This document shows, one piece after another, positions 1-9,748 of a stretch of 34,380 bases of DNA. The translations under genes were made by a program, and so were the position numbers. The number at the start of each line of letters is the position of its first letter. Positions within the stretch are counted from its first letter, which is position 1. Below the pieces are notes generated by a model. That model did no database searches and was not told where the DNA came from. It saw nothing but the letters and a program-made list of their open reading frames with translations. Source of the stretch: a virus (lineage: Duplodnaviria > Heunggongvirae > Uroviricota > Caudoviricetes); the IMG/VR virus record IMGVR_UViG_2671180849_000019. The stretch is one strand, 5' to 3'.

Positions 1-429
1 ATGTACGTATGGAGCGCTAAATCAAATGGCTTTTTCCCCATATCGGAGAAAGAAAAATTTGAGGCATCAGGTCTGTGGCCTGATGATGGTGTAATAGTCA
101 GTGAGGAAGAACATAAAAAGTTATTTATGGATATTCCACCAGGAAAACAGATTGGAACACTGAATGGAAAACCAGCACTGATAGATATTCCTCAGCCGAC
201 CAAAAAGGAATTAATAGCTATTGCTGAAGTTAAAAAATCCCAATTACGGGAAAAAGCTGACAGTGAAATATCCTGGCGTCAGGATGCTGTTGATGCTGAT
301 ATCGCAACTGATGAAGAAACTTCAACTCTCACCGAATGGAAGAAATACCGTGTGCTGCTGATGCGTGTTGATACTTCAACAGCACCCGATATTGAATGGC
401 CTACGCCTCCGGCAGTTCAGGCCAGATGA
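1..429 (+). CDS. tail fibre assembly protein (Tfa/U-like); may be 5'-truncated by the window edge
   Basis: C-terminus ...[23 protein letters not shown] resembles the conserved C-terminus of lambda Tfa / Mu U family chaperones. Convergent with, and overlapping by 29 bp, a second Tfa gene on the opposite strand. Confidence 0.75.
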   Translation: MYVWSAKSNGFFPISEKEKFEASGLWPDDGVIVSEEEHKKLFMDIPPGKQIGTLNGKPALIDIPQPTKKELIAIAEVKKSQLREKADSEISWRQDAVDADIATDEETSTLTEWKKYRVLLMRVDTSTAPDIEWPTPPAVQAR

Positions 430-994
430 CATCCGGCGCGGTGCTGGTATCTGTTGCCGTCACCGCGTCAATGTAATCCAGCACGGTGTTAAGTCGGGTT
501 GTTTCTGCCTGAGTCAGTTTCCGTCCGGCCTGTAATTTCAGCTGAATCAGACTAATGGAAGCCATTACTGCATCAATCAGTGACTGGCGCTGTGCTTCTG
601 CTGCTTCTACTGCGGCGTTATGCTGTGCCTCAGTATCTGTCACCCATTTCTCACCATCCCATTTATCATATGGCGTTAACGGTGAAAGCGTGACATAACC
701 GTTTTTGATGGCACCGATATAATCCACTGTAACAGCTGCGCCATTTTCTGTTGAGTAAACAGTCTCATTGCGATGGTCTTCTTCATGGCTCCATCCCTTA
801 CCCGTAAATACTGCCACTTTCCCCGGAATGTTTTCGCCCGGGTCAATACCAGTGGAACAGGCGGGCATACTTACGCCAGTATTAATATATTCATCAGACC
901 AGCCCGTATACTCAGATGTTTCAGCATCATAATAAAAACAACGCATATCGCCCGGCACTGTAGCCAGCCCATTTTTATCAAAAACAGGTTTCAT
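401..994 (-). CDS. tail fibre assembly protein (second, inverted copy; partner of the silent fibre cassette)
   Basis: 197-aa ORF with Tfa-like C-terminus (...[20 protein letters not shown]). Its ATG overlaps the stop of the upstream fibre cassette (TAATG). Confidence 0.8.
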   Translation of the reverse strand: MKPVFDKNGLATVPGDMRCFYYDAETSEYTGWSDEYINTGVSMPACSTGIDPGENIPGKVAVFTGKGWSHEEDHRNETVYSTENGAAVTVDYIGAIKNGYVTLSPLTPYDKWDGEKWVTDTEAQHNAAVEAAEAQRQSLIDAVMASISLIQLKLQAGRKLTQAETTRLNTVLDYIDAVTATDTSTAPDVIWPELPEA

Positions 995-1451
995 TATTTA
1001 GCCCTCACCAGAAAGTTAAATGCAATATTTCGCGGTCTGACAGCAACAAAATTCACACCATCACCCACAGAGTTACTGGTGAAATTAAATCGTGAAAATC
1101 CTGGCTGATTTCCGGCGATGCCATCATGAAAGTTAATTGCGTGTCCCGCACCTCCGCCTATATTCCCGGCAAACTGAGAAAAGTTTGTAGCTTCCTGCCA
1201 GCTTAATAATTCGCGACCACCGTCTGCACCTCGCCCGTCATCCCAGATACGAATGAAATCACCGCGGGCTTCAGGTAATACCAGCGAAGGAAATACTTTC
1301 GCCAGCACAGGATAATCAGTGGCAGAGAATTTCGCGCCGTTGAACTTCAAAAACACCATACTGGACCAGCTGTCGATTACAGTATTTGGCATTGCAGCGG
1401 ACGGCCAGAAGAACGGAACGCCAATAGCTGGAGCACCTTCTCCCAAACCAA
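994..1451 (-). CDS. tail fibre C-terminal cassette (Sv'-like), silent: starts at the invertase crossover site and has no start codon of its own in this orientation
   Basis: Reading frame open from crossover site 1438-1463 to the stop at 994-996. Residues GLGEGAPAIGVPFFWPSAAMPNT... are identical to the distal part of the H ORF at 8317-8700. Confidence 0.65.
1068..1451. repeat. 384-bp segment identical to 8317-8700; identity ends at the invertase crossover dinucleotide
   Basis: Base-by-base comparison of the two stretches in the window shows no mismatch or indel. The flank beyond 1451 (CGTTTAAGAAAA, invertase side) differs from the flank beyond 8700 (GGTATGTGAGAA, H side). Confidence 0.95.
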
Positions 1452-1463
1452 CGTTTAAGAAAA
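1438..1463. other. DNA invertase crossover site (hix/gix/cix-like), TTCTCCCAAACC-AA-CGTTTAAGAAAA
   Basis: 26-bp imperfect dyad with central AA, resembling Hin/Gin recombination sites. Lies 50 bp upstream of the invertase gene and exactly at the repeat boundary. Confidence 0.6.
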
Positions 1464-1512
1464 TGCAGAGGTACCAGCTAACTGGCATCATCTCCGGTTT
1501 TTATTCAGGGGG

Positions 1513-2085
1513 ATGATCATGCTTATTGGCTATGTACGCGTGTCAACAAATGACCAGAACACCGATTTGCAACGTAATGCACTGAACTGCGCGGGATGTG
1601 AGCGGATTTTTGAGGACAAAATCAGTGGCACTAAGTCCGACAGACCGGGGCTGAAAAAACTACTCAGGACACTATCGGCAGGAGACACGCTGGTTGTCTG
1701 GAAGCTGGACAGGTTGGGGCGCAGTATGCGGCATCTTGTTACGCTGATAGAAGAGTTGCGCCAGCGTGGTGTGAATTTCAGAAGCCTGACTGACAGTATT
1801 GATACCAGTACCCCAATGGGCCGTTTCTTTTTTCATGTCATGGGTGCCCTGGCTGAAATGGAACGCGAACTGATAGTTGAACGTACCAGGGCAGGGCTGG
1901 CTGCAGCTCGTGCCAAAGGCAGAGTAGGTGGACGCCGTCCTAAGTTGACCACCGAACAGTGGGCACAGATTGGGCGTTTACTCGAGGCCGGAGAATCAAT
2001 ACAGCGTATTGCACTGATTTTTGATGTAGGCGTTTCTACCATTTATAGAAAATTTCCGGCAAATAAGATCAATGAATCCCCCTGA
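1513..2085 (+). CDS. serine DNA invertase (Pin/Gin/Cin/Hin family)
   Basis: N-terminus LIGYVRVSTNDQNTDLQRNAL with the catalytic Ser in the VRVST context, plus VVWKLDRLGRS, SPMGRFFFHVMGALAEMERELIVERT and a C-terminal HTH; near-colinear with e14 Pin as recalled. Start may be the ATG at 1519. Confidence 0.9.
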   Translation: MIMLIGYVRVSTNDQNTDLQRNALNCAGCERIFEDKISGTKSDRPGLKKLLRTLSAGDTLVVWKLDRLGRSMRHLVTLIEELRQRGVNFRSLTDSIDTSTPMGRFFFHVMGALAEMERELIVERTRAGLAAARAKGRVGGRRPKLTTEQWAQIGRLLEAGESIQRIALIFDVGVSTIYRKFPANKINESP

Positions 2086-2133
2086 ATCAGCATTATGTTG
2101 ATTATCCCTGCAAGCAGACAAATACCGTTATTT

Positions 2134-2151
2134 TGTGTGAATAACGACACA
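2134..2151 (+). promoter_or_regulatory. P2-type late promoter activator dyad (TGT-N12-ACA) upstream of FI
   Basis: TGTgtgaataacgacACA lies about 85 bp upstream of the FI start. P2 late promoters carry this dyad centred near -55 (Ogr-dependent). Confidence 0.45.
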
Positions 2152-2227
2152 ACTGCGCTTAGCTGTTTGTCAGGCACAATCACTTCAACATAGGGCGAAG
2201 CCTAATCCAATCAGGAGGTTCGCCACT

Positions 2228-3400
2228 ATGGCTCAGGATTACCACCACGGGGTGCGCGTTGTTGAAGTCAACGAAGGCACCCGATCTATTACCACGGTGA
2301 GCACCGCCATCGTGGGTATGGTCTGCACGGGCGATGATGCCGATGCAAAAATGTTTCCTCTTAATAAACCCGTGCTGATCACTGATGTGCTGACTGCCAG
2401 CGGTAAAGCGGGTGAGTCAGGTACTCTGGCCCGTTCGCTGGATGCCATCGCTGACCAGGCAAAACCCGTGACCATTGTTGTGCGTGTGCCGCAGGGTGAA
2501 ACGGAAGACGAAACCACGACCAATATCATCGGCGCAGTGACTGCTGAAGGTAAAAAAACAGGTATGAAAGCCCTGTTATCTGCCCAGTCACAGCTCGGCG
2601 TTAAACCGCGCATTCTCGGCGTGCCAGGCCACGACACCAAGGCGGTAGCTACTGAGTTGCTGAGCGTGGCGCAACGCCTGCGTGGATTTGCTTACCTGTC
2701 AGCGTATGGCTGCAAGACAGTGCAGGAGGCGATCACTTACCGCGAAAACTTCAGCCAGCGCGAAGGGATGCTGATCTGGCCTGACTTTACTGGTTGGGAC
2801 ACGGTGCTGAATGCCGAAGCAACGGCATATGCCACCGCCCGTGCGCTTGGTCTGCGCGCCAAAATTGACGAGCAGACCGGATGGCACAAAAGCCTGTCCA
2901 ACGTGGGCGTGAACGGTGTCACCGGAATTTCTGCAGATGTGTTCTGGGATCTGCAGGACCCGGCAACCGATGCAGGTCTGCTGAACCAGAACGACGTCAC
3001 CACGCTTGTGCGTAAAGACGGTTTCCGCTTCTGGGGTTCCCGCTGCCTGAGTGATGACCCGCTCTTTGCCTTCGAAAACTACACCCGCACGGCGCAGGTG
3101 CTGATGGACACGATGGCAGAAGCACACATGTGGGCGGTGGATAAACCGCTTAACCCGTCGCTGGCCCGCGACATTATCGAAGGTATCCGCGCCAAAATGC
3201 GCAGCCTGGTCAGTCAGGGCTATCTCATTGGTGGTGATTGCTGGCTGGATGAGTCGGTGAACGACAAAGACACGCTGAAAGCCGGAAAACTCACCATCGA
3301 CTACGACTACACGCCAGTGCCGCCACTTGAAAACCTGATGCTGCGTCAGCGCATCACCGATCAGTACCTGGTGAATTTCGCCAGCCAGGTCAGCGCGTAA
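2228..3400 (+). CDS. FI: tail sheath protein (gpFI)
   Basis: 390-aa ORF; [19 protein letters not shown]...[12 protein letters not shown]... and C-terminal ...[22 protein letters not shown] match P2 FI as recalled. AGGAGG RBS upstream. Confidence 0.95.
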   Translation: MAQDYHHGVRVVEVNEGTRSITTVSTAIVGMVCTGDDADAKMFPLNKPVLITDVLTASGKAGESGTLARSLDAIADQAKPVTIVVRVPQGETEDETTTNIIGAVTAEGKKTGMKALLSAQSQLGVKPRILGVPGHDTKAVATELLSVAQRLRGFAYLSAYGCKTVQEAITYRENFSQREGMLIWPDFTGWDTVLNAEATAYATARALGLRAKIDEQTGWHKSLSNVGVNGVTGISADVFWDLQDPATDAGLLNQNDVTTLVRKDGFRFWGSRCLSDDPLFAFENYTRTAQVLMDTMAEAHMWAVDKPLNPSLARDIIEGIRAKMRSLVSQGYLIGGDCWLDESVNDKDTLKAGKLTIDYDYTPVPPLENLMLRQRITDQYLVNFASQVSA

Positions 3401-3409
3401 GGGGACAAC

Positions 3410-3925
3410 ATGGCATTACCACGCAAATTAAAACACCTGAACCTGTTTAACGACGGGAACAACTGGCAGGGGATCGTTGAGTCGCTGACGCTGCCGAAAT
3501 TTACCCGCAAATATGAGAAGTATCGCGGCGGCGGAATGCCGGGTGCGGTGGATGTGGATCTGGGGCTTGATGACAGTGCGCTGGACACAGAATTTTCCAT
3601 TGGTGGTACTGAATTGCTGCTGTTTAAACAGATGGGTAAAGCCACGGTGGATGGCATCCAGCTGCGCTTTACCGGCTCTATTCAGCGTGACGATACCGGG
3701 GAAGTGCAGGCCGTGGAGCTTGTCGTGCGTGGACGTCACAAAGAAGTGGATTCCGGCGAGTGGAAGACGGGCGAAAGCAACACCACCAAAGTGACCAGTA
3801 CCAACAGCTACGCGAAGCTGACCATCAATGGTGAGGTGCTCTATGAAGTGGACCTTATCAACATGGTGGAAATTGTGGACGGTGTGGACCTGATGGAAGC
3901 GCACCGCAACGCCCTCGGCCTCTGA
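3410..3925 (+). CDS. FII: tail tube protein (gpFII)
   Basis: 171-aa ORF immediately downstream of FI, P2 FII-like in size and position. Confidence 0.9.
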   Translation: MALPRKLKHLNLFNDGNNWQGIVESLTLPKFTRKYEKYRGGGMPGAVDVDLGLDDSALDTEFSIGGTELLLFKQMGKATVDGIQLRFTGSIQRDDTGEVQAVELVVRGRHKEVDSGEWKTGESNTTKVTSTNSYAKLTINGEVLYEVDLINMVEIVDGVDLMEAHRNALGL

Positions 3926-3979
3926 TATATCTGAACGGCGCGGGATACCGCGCCAGAACCCAATTGACAGGACAGCAAA

Positions 3980-4282
3980 ATGAGCGATAAGCAGACTGAA
4001 AAGACCATTCAACTGGATACCCCCATCAAGCGCGGTAAAACAGAAATCACCGAAATTGTGCTGCGTAAACCGCAGTCCGGTGCGCTGCGCGGTACACGCC
4101 TGCAGGCCATTATGGATATGGATGTAAACGCGATGATGACCGTGATCCCCCGCATCTCCAGTCCGGCACTGACTGCACAGGAAATTGCAGAGATGGACCC
4201 GGCAGATCTCACTGCCATGTCGGTTGAGGTTGTCACTTTTTTGTTGAAGAAGTCGGTGCTTGCCGGTTTACCGACAGCCTGA
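3980..4282 (+). CDS. E: tail assembly chaperone gpE (zero-frame product)
   Basis: 100-aa ORF between FII and T, containing the slippery heptamer TTTTTTG at 4237-4243 near its 3' end. Confidence 0.85.
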   Translation: MSDKQTEKTIQLDTPIKRGKTEITEIVLRKPQSGALRGTRLQAIMDMDVNAMMTVIPRISSPALTAQEIAEMDPADLTAMSVEVVTFLLKKSVLAGLPTA

Positions 4283-4416
4283 CGGTTGACGATCTGGTGG
4301 CAGATATCGCCACCATTTTTCACTGGCCGCCATCCGTTACTGACGTTATGCCGCTGACCGAAGTGCTGGAATGGCGGTATAAAGCGATTCAGAGAAGCGG
4401 GGCCAACGATGAGTGA
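3980..4416 (+). CDS. gpE+E' fusion predicted from programmed -1 ribosomal frameshift at TTTTTTG (4237-4243)
   Basis: The -1 frame is open for 58 codons from the slip site (FVEEVGACRFTDSLTVDDL...EWRYKAIQRSGANDE) and stops at TGA 4414-4416, overlapping the T start at 4409. Same layout as P2 E/E'. Confidence 0.6.
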
Positions 4417-7400
4417 TAACAACCTGCGTCTGCAGGTCATTCTTAATGCGGTTGACAAGCTCACCCGTCCATTTCGATCTGCGCAGGCCAGTTCAAGAGA
4501 ACTGGCTGCTGCTGTCAAAAAATCCCGCGATGCAATAAAGCAGCTTGATCAGGCCGGGAGCAGTCTGGACAGCTTCCGAAAGCTGCAGGCAGAAAATCAG
4601 AAATTAGGCGACAGGCTGAACTATGCCCGCCAGCGTGCAAATTTGCTCAGTCAGGAACTGGGAGCGATGGGGCCGCCTTCGCAACGTCAGGTTGTTGCTC
4701 TGGGCCGTCAACGGCTGGCTGTTCAGCGCCTGGAAGAACGCCAGAAAAAGCTGCAGCAGCAGACGGCGCTTGTGCGTGCTGAACTGTACCGGGCGGGAAT
4801 TTCTGCGAAAGACGATGCGGGAGCAACTGCCCGTTTAGCCCGTGAAACATCACGTTATAACCAGGAACTTTCGAAACAGGAGGCGCGGCTGAAGCGACTG
4901 GGGGAAGCTCAGCGCAGGATGAATGCAGCGCGTGCCAGTTATGCCCGTTCGCTGGAGGTGCGTGATCGTATTGCAGGTGCCGGAGCCACCACCACGGCTG
5001 CAGGGCTGGCAATGGGTGCGCCAGTGATGGCGGCAGTAAAAAGCTATACCAGCATGGAAGATGCCATGAAAGGTGTGGCAAAGCAGGTCAATGGTCTGCG
5101 TGACGATAATGGCAACCGCACTGCACGTTTTTATGAAATGCAGGATGCCATCAAGGCTGCCAGCGAACAGTTGCCGATGGAAAACGGTGCGGTGGACTTC
5201 GCTGCACTGGTTGAAGGTGGTGCGCGCATGAACGTCGCAAACCCTGACGACAGCTGGGAAGATCAGAAACGTGACCTGCTGGCCTTCGCCAGTACGGCAG
5301 CAAAGGCGGCAACAGCCTTTGAGCTGCCAGCGGATGAACTGTCAGAAAGTCTGGGGAAAATCGCCCAGCTCTACAAAATCCCCACCCGCAATATTGAACA
5401 GCTCGGTGATGCGCTGAACTATCTGGATGATAACGCCATGTCGAAAGGGGCAGACATCATTGATGTGATGCAACGTCTGGGCGGTGTGGCTGACCGTCTG
5501 GATTATCGTAAAGCGGCGGCGCTGGGTTCCACCTTCCTGACACTGGGCGCTGCGCCAGAGGTTGCAGCCAGTGCAGCAAACGCGATGGTGCGTGAATTGT
5601 CCATTGCCACCATGCAAAGCAAGAGTTTCTTTGAAGGGATGAATCTGCTGAAACTCAATCCTGAAGTGATTGAAAAGCAGATGACGAAGGATGCGATGGG
5701 AACCATCCAGCGCGTGCTGGAGAAGGTAAACGCGCTGCCGCAGGACAAGCGCCTGTCTGCCATGACTATGTTGTTTGGTAAAGAGTTTGGCGATGACGCG
5801 GCGAAACTGGCAAACAACCTGCCGGAACTGCAGCGTCAGTTAAAACTGACAGCGGGCAATGATGCGCTCGGCTCCATGCAGAAAGAATCCGACATTAACA
5901 AGGATTCACTTTCTGCGCAGTGATTGCTGGTCAAAACCGGAGCGCAGAACACCTTCAGCAGCCTGGGCGAAACGCTGCGCCAGCCGCTGATGGATATTCT
6001 GTACACGGTGAAAAGCGTCACGGGGGCGTTGCGTCGCTGGGTGGAAGCTAACCCGGAACTGACAGGCACACTGATGAAAGCATCGGCTGTTGTGGCTGCG
6101 GTTACCGTCGGCCTCGGCACCTTAGCGGTGGCGCTGGCTGCAGTGCTGGGGCCGCTGGCAGTGATCCGTCTGGGATTCTCTGTGTTGGGTATCAAAACGT
6201 TATCTTCCGTTACGGCAGCAGTAACTCGAACCAGCAGCGCGTTGTCCTGGCTGGCTGGCGCACCACTGGCACTGCTGCGACGCGGGCTTGCTTCATCGGG
6301 CAACGCCGCAGGTTTACTTACTGCGCCGTTGTCGTCTTTGCGCCGCACGGCATCACTGACGGGAAATGTCCTGAAAACTGTAGCAGGTGCGCCGGTTGCA
6401 CTTTTGCGGTCTGGATTATCCGGTTTACGTGCGGTTGCTGTGATGTTTATGAATCCACTGGCAGCACTACGCGGCGGGCTGGCTGCCGCAGGCACGGTGC
6501 TGCGAGTACTGGCATCTGGTCCACTGGCGATGTTGCGCGTTGCCCTGTATGCCGTATCTGGTCTGTTAGGTGCTCTGCTCAGTCCGATAGGTCTTGTGGT
6601 TACTGCACTGGCGGGTGTGGCACTGGTTGTCTGGAAATACTGGCAACCCATCACCGCATTTCTCGGTGGCGTGGTGGAAGGATTCAAAGCGGCGGCAGGT
6701 CCCATCAGTGCAGCGTTCGAACCGCTTAAGCCTGTGTTCCAGTGGATTGGTGACAAAGTGCAGGCGCTGTGGGGCTGGTTTACTGATCTGCTGACGCCCG
6801 TTAAGTCGACTTCTGCCGAACTGCAGAGCGCAGCGGCAATGGGGCGACGATTCGGGGAGGCACTGGCGGAAGGGCTGAATATGGTTATGCATCCGCTGGA
6901 CTCCCTGAAATCTGGCGTTTCCTGGTTGCTGGATAAACTCGGCATTGTCAGTAAAGAGGCTGCAAAGGCGAAACTGCCGGAAAGCGTGACGCGTCAGCAA
7001 CCTGCGACGGTGAATGCAGACGGTAAAGTGATGATGCCATCGGGTGGTTTTCCGTCATGGGGATATGGCTTTGCGGGGATGTATGACAGCGGCGGCTATA
7101 TCCCGCGCGGGCAGTTTGGCATCGTCGGTGAAAACGGGCCGGAAATTGTTAACGGCCCGGCAAATGTGACCAGCCGGAGAAATACAGCTGCACTGGCTGC
7201 CGTTGTTGCCGGAATGATGGGCGTTGCTGCCGCGCCTGCAGAGCTTCCACCGTTGCACCCTTTGGCACTTCCCGCGAAAGGCGGCGAAGCGATGGTGAGT
7301 CGTGCAGCCACTGTGCCGCCCGTTCAACGGATTGAGGCACCGATGCAGATCATCATTCAGACGCAGCCAGGACAAAGTGCGCAGGATATTGCGCGGGAGG

Positions 7401-7486
7401 TGGCCCGCCAGCTTGATGAACGTGAACGTAGGCTGAAGGCAAAAGCCAGGAGTAACTACAGCGATCAGGGGGGATACGACGCATGA
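4409..7486 (+). CDS. T: tail tape measure protein (gpT-like), interrupted by an in-frame TGA at 5921-5923 (possible pseudogene, readthrough or sequence error)
   Basis: ORFs 4409-5923 and 5924-7486 are in the same frame, separated only by TGA. Coiled-coil-rich N half and Ala/Leu/Gly-rich hydrophobic repeats in the C half are typical of tape measure proteins. Gene sits between E' and U. Confidence 0.8.
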
Positions 7487-7968
7487 TGATGGTGCTGGGA
7501 TTGTACGTGTTTATGCTGCGCACCGTGCCGTATCAGGAGCTGCAGTATCAACGCAGCTGGCGACATGCGGCAAACAGCCGGGTAAACCGACGTCCGTCCA
7601 CGCAGTTTCTGGGACCGGACAACGACATGCTGACGCTTTCCGGTGTTCTTATGCCGGAGATAACAGGTGGCAGGCTGTCGTTGCTGGCACTGGAGCAGAT
7701 GGCAGAACAGGGGAAAGCATGGCCCCTGATTGAAGGCAGCGGCACGATTTATGGCATGTATGTGATTGAGGGACTGAATCAGACTAAAACGGAGTTTTTC
7801 CGCGACGGTATGCCGCGCCGGATTGAGTTCACCCTGTCGCTCAAACGGGTGGATGAATCCCTGTCCGATATGTTCGGTGATCTCAGTGCGCAACTGAATA
7901 ATCTGCAGGAAACGGCAACGTCTGCCTTAAGCGATATCAGTAAAACGGTGGGAGGGCTGCTGTCGTGA
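7483..7968 (+). CDS. U: tail protein gpU
   Basis: 161-aa ORF overlapping the T stop (ATGA), in the P2 gpU position. Confidence 0.9.
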   Translation: MMMVLGLYVFMLRTVPYQELQYQRSWRHAANSRVNRRPSTQFLGPDNDMLTLSGVLMPEITGGRLSLLALEQMAEQGKAWPLIEGSGTIYGMYVIEGLNQTKTEFFRDGMPRRIEFTLSLKRVDESLSDMFGDLSAQLNNLQETATSALSDISKTVGGLLS

Positions 7969-8305
7969 ATTTCAGCTCTGAACTGCTTAACAAAAGCAAC
8001 AAAACTCCGGCATTCAGCATCAGTATTGAGGGTAGGGATATCACCACTGTGCTGGATAACCGCCTGATGAGTCTGACTCTGACGGACAATCGGGGCTTTG
8101 AAGCAGACCAGCTTGATCTGGAGCTGGACGATGCCGACGGGAAAATCGTGCTGCCGCGCCGTGGTGCGGTCATTACGCTGGCGCTGGGCTGGAAGGGGCA
8201 GCCGCTTTTCCCGAAAGGGGCATTCACGGTGGACGAGATTGAACACACTGGCGCACCGGACCGCCTGACTATCCGGGCGCGAAGTGCTGATTTTCGGGAA
8301 ACGCT
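7965..8305 (+). CDS. D: tail protein gpD (late control D family), 3'-truncated by the N-gap
   Basis: ORF starts with start/stop overlap to U and is open for 113 codons until the N run at 8306. Confidence 0.8.
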
Positions 8306-8316
8306 NNNNNNNNNNN
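8306..8316. other. assembly gap (11 N)
   Basis: Literal run of n characters in the sequence. Confidence 1.
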
Positions 8317-8700
8317 CAGAGTTACTGGTGAAATTAAATCGTGAAAATCCTGGCTGATTTCCGGCGATGCCATCATGAAAGTTAATTGCGTGTCCCGCAC
8401 CTCCGCCTATATTCCCGGCAAACTGAGAAAAGTTTGTAGCTTCCTGCCAGCTTAATAATTCGCGACCACCGTCTGCACCTCGCCCGTCATCCCAGATACG
8501 AATGAAATCACCGCGGGCTTCAGGTAATACCAGCGAAGGAAATACTTTCGCCAGCACAGGATAATCAGTGGCAGAGAATTTCGCGCCGTTGAACTTCAAA
8601 AACACCATACTGGACCAGCTGTCGATTACAGTATTTGGCATTGCAGCGGACGGCCAGAAGAACGGAACGCCAATAGCTGGAGCACCTTCTCCCAAACCAA
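8317..8700. repeat. second copy of the 384-bp fibre-cassette segment (identical to 1068-1451), here fused to the constant part of H
   Basis: Exact identity from 8317 up to the crossover dinucleotide at 8699-8700, then divergence. Confidence 0.95.
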
Positions 8701-9748
8701 GGTATGTGAGAAGACCAGCTACATCCTTTCCACTCAAATTGGTAAGCGTATTGTCCAGCGGTTGTTTACCTGCCAGCGCATTAAGCATTGTCGTGGCAAA
8801 GTTCGGATCATTCCCCAGTGCCGCCGCCAGTTCGTTCAGTGTATCCAGTGCAGCAGGTGCAGAACCCACCATTCCTGCAATCGCCGATTTCACAAAAGCC
8901 GTAGTGGCAATCTGTGTATTGTTGACCGACTGCGCCGCCGTGGGGGCTGTTGGCGTTCCGGTGAGTGCCGGACTCGACAACGGTGCTTTTAGTGCCAGCG
9001 CATTGTTAATGGTGGTACTGAAATTCGGATCATTGTTAATGGCTGCGGCTATTTCTTTCAGCGTGTCCAGCGTGGCTGGCGCACCATTAATAAGGGCCGT
9101 CAGTGCCGCCTGTACAAACGCAGTGGTCGCAACCTGCGTGGTATTATTCCCCGCCGCTGGCGTTGGCGCTTTGGGGGTTCCGGTAAATGTCGGGCTGGCT
9201 TTTGGCGCGTACTGTGAATGCGGGTCCGGTGCGGCAAGATGTTTTGCCATCTGATCATCCGCGTACACCTTCAGCTCCAGTGCCTTGTCATCCACATACT
9301 TGCGGGTTGCCAGCACTACAGCAGGGTCGATTTTCAGGGTGATATTGTCCGTGCTGCTGGTAATCAGCACCATGCGCACGGTCTGAGTGCGCCCGCTACC
9401 TTCAGCCAGTTGCGGCTTATAGCTTTCCGGGCAGTTGCCCACGGCAATCAATGCCCCGGACTCATCAAACAAGCCCACTTCACGTATCCACCAACCGCCC
9501 TCGTTTTCAGGGATCACCTGTTCGGCAATAATCTGGCTGCTGTTCTGCGGGTCGATATAAAGCATATTCAGCGCAGCCCGGCGTTTCTCATTTACCAGTG
9601 CCGTCTGCTTTGCGTCCTGCGTTGGCAATACTCCACCGCCATCGCCCACCGCCATATGGGTAATTTTTAGCGGCACACCGAGCGCGGCGGCGCTGGCAAG
9701 TTTCGCCGCGCCAATATCCGTCAGCAGGGTATAAAATTTTGTGCTCAT
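8317..9748 (-). CDS. H: tail fibre protein (gpH-like), 3' end truncated by the N-gap
   Basis: N-terminus MSTKFYTLLTDIGAAKLA...MAVGDGGG...AVGNCPESYKPQLAEGSGRTQTVRMV and the repeated SPxLTGTPTAPT / DTLNELAAALGNDPNFATTM motifs match P2 H as recalled. The ORF-track continuation below 8317 reads through the N run and antisense gpD and is not real. Confidence 0.9.
8687..8712. other. DNA invertase crossover site, TTCTCCCAAACC-AA-GGTATGTGAGAA (H-proximal copy)
   Basis: Same inner half-site and central AA as the site at 1438-1463, different outer half-site. Lies inside the H coding sequence at the constant/variable junction (...TYL|GLGEGAP...). Confidence 0.6.

Noticed and set aside
773-1108. 111-aa plus-strand ORF spanning the Tfa/fibre-cassette junction
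   Set aside because: Antisense to two coupled minus-strand genes and lacks an RBS.
7937-8316. Distal part of the 603-aa minus-strand ORF (7937-9748) continuing below the H fibre gene
   Set aside because: This stretch reads through the N run and the antisense strand of gpD; the real H coding sequence ends, truncated, at the gap (8317).
8568-9254. 228-aa plus-strand ORF antisense to H, plus other long antisense ORFs inside T (5836-6945, 6566-7000) and inside the other structural genes
   Set aside because: They lie entirely inside well-supported genes on the opposite strand, have low-complexity Ala/Ser/Pro-rich translations and no RBS; typical GC-rich antisense artefacts.
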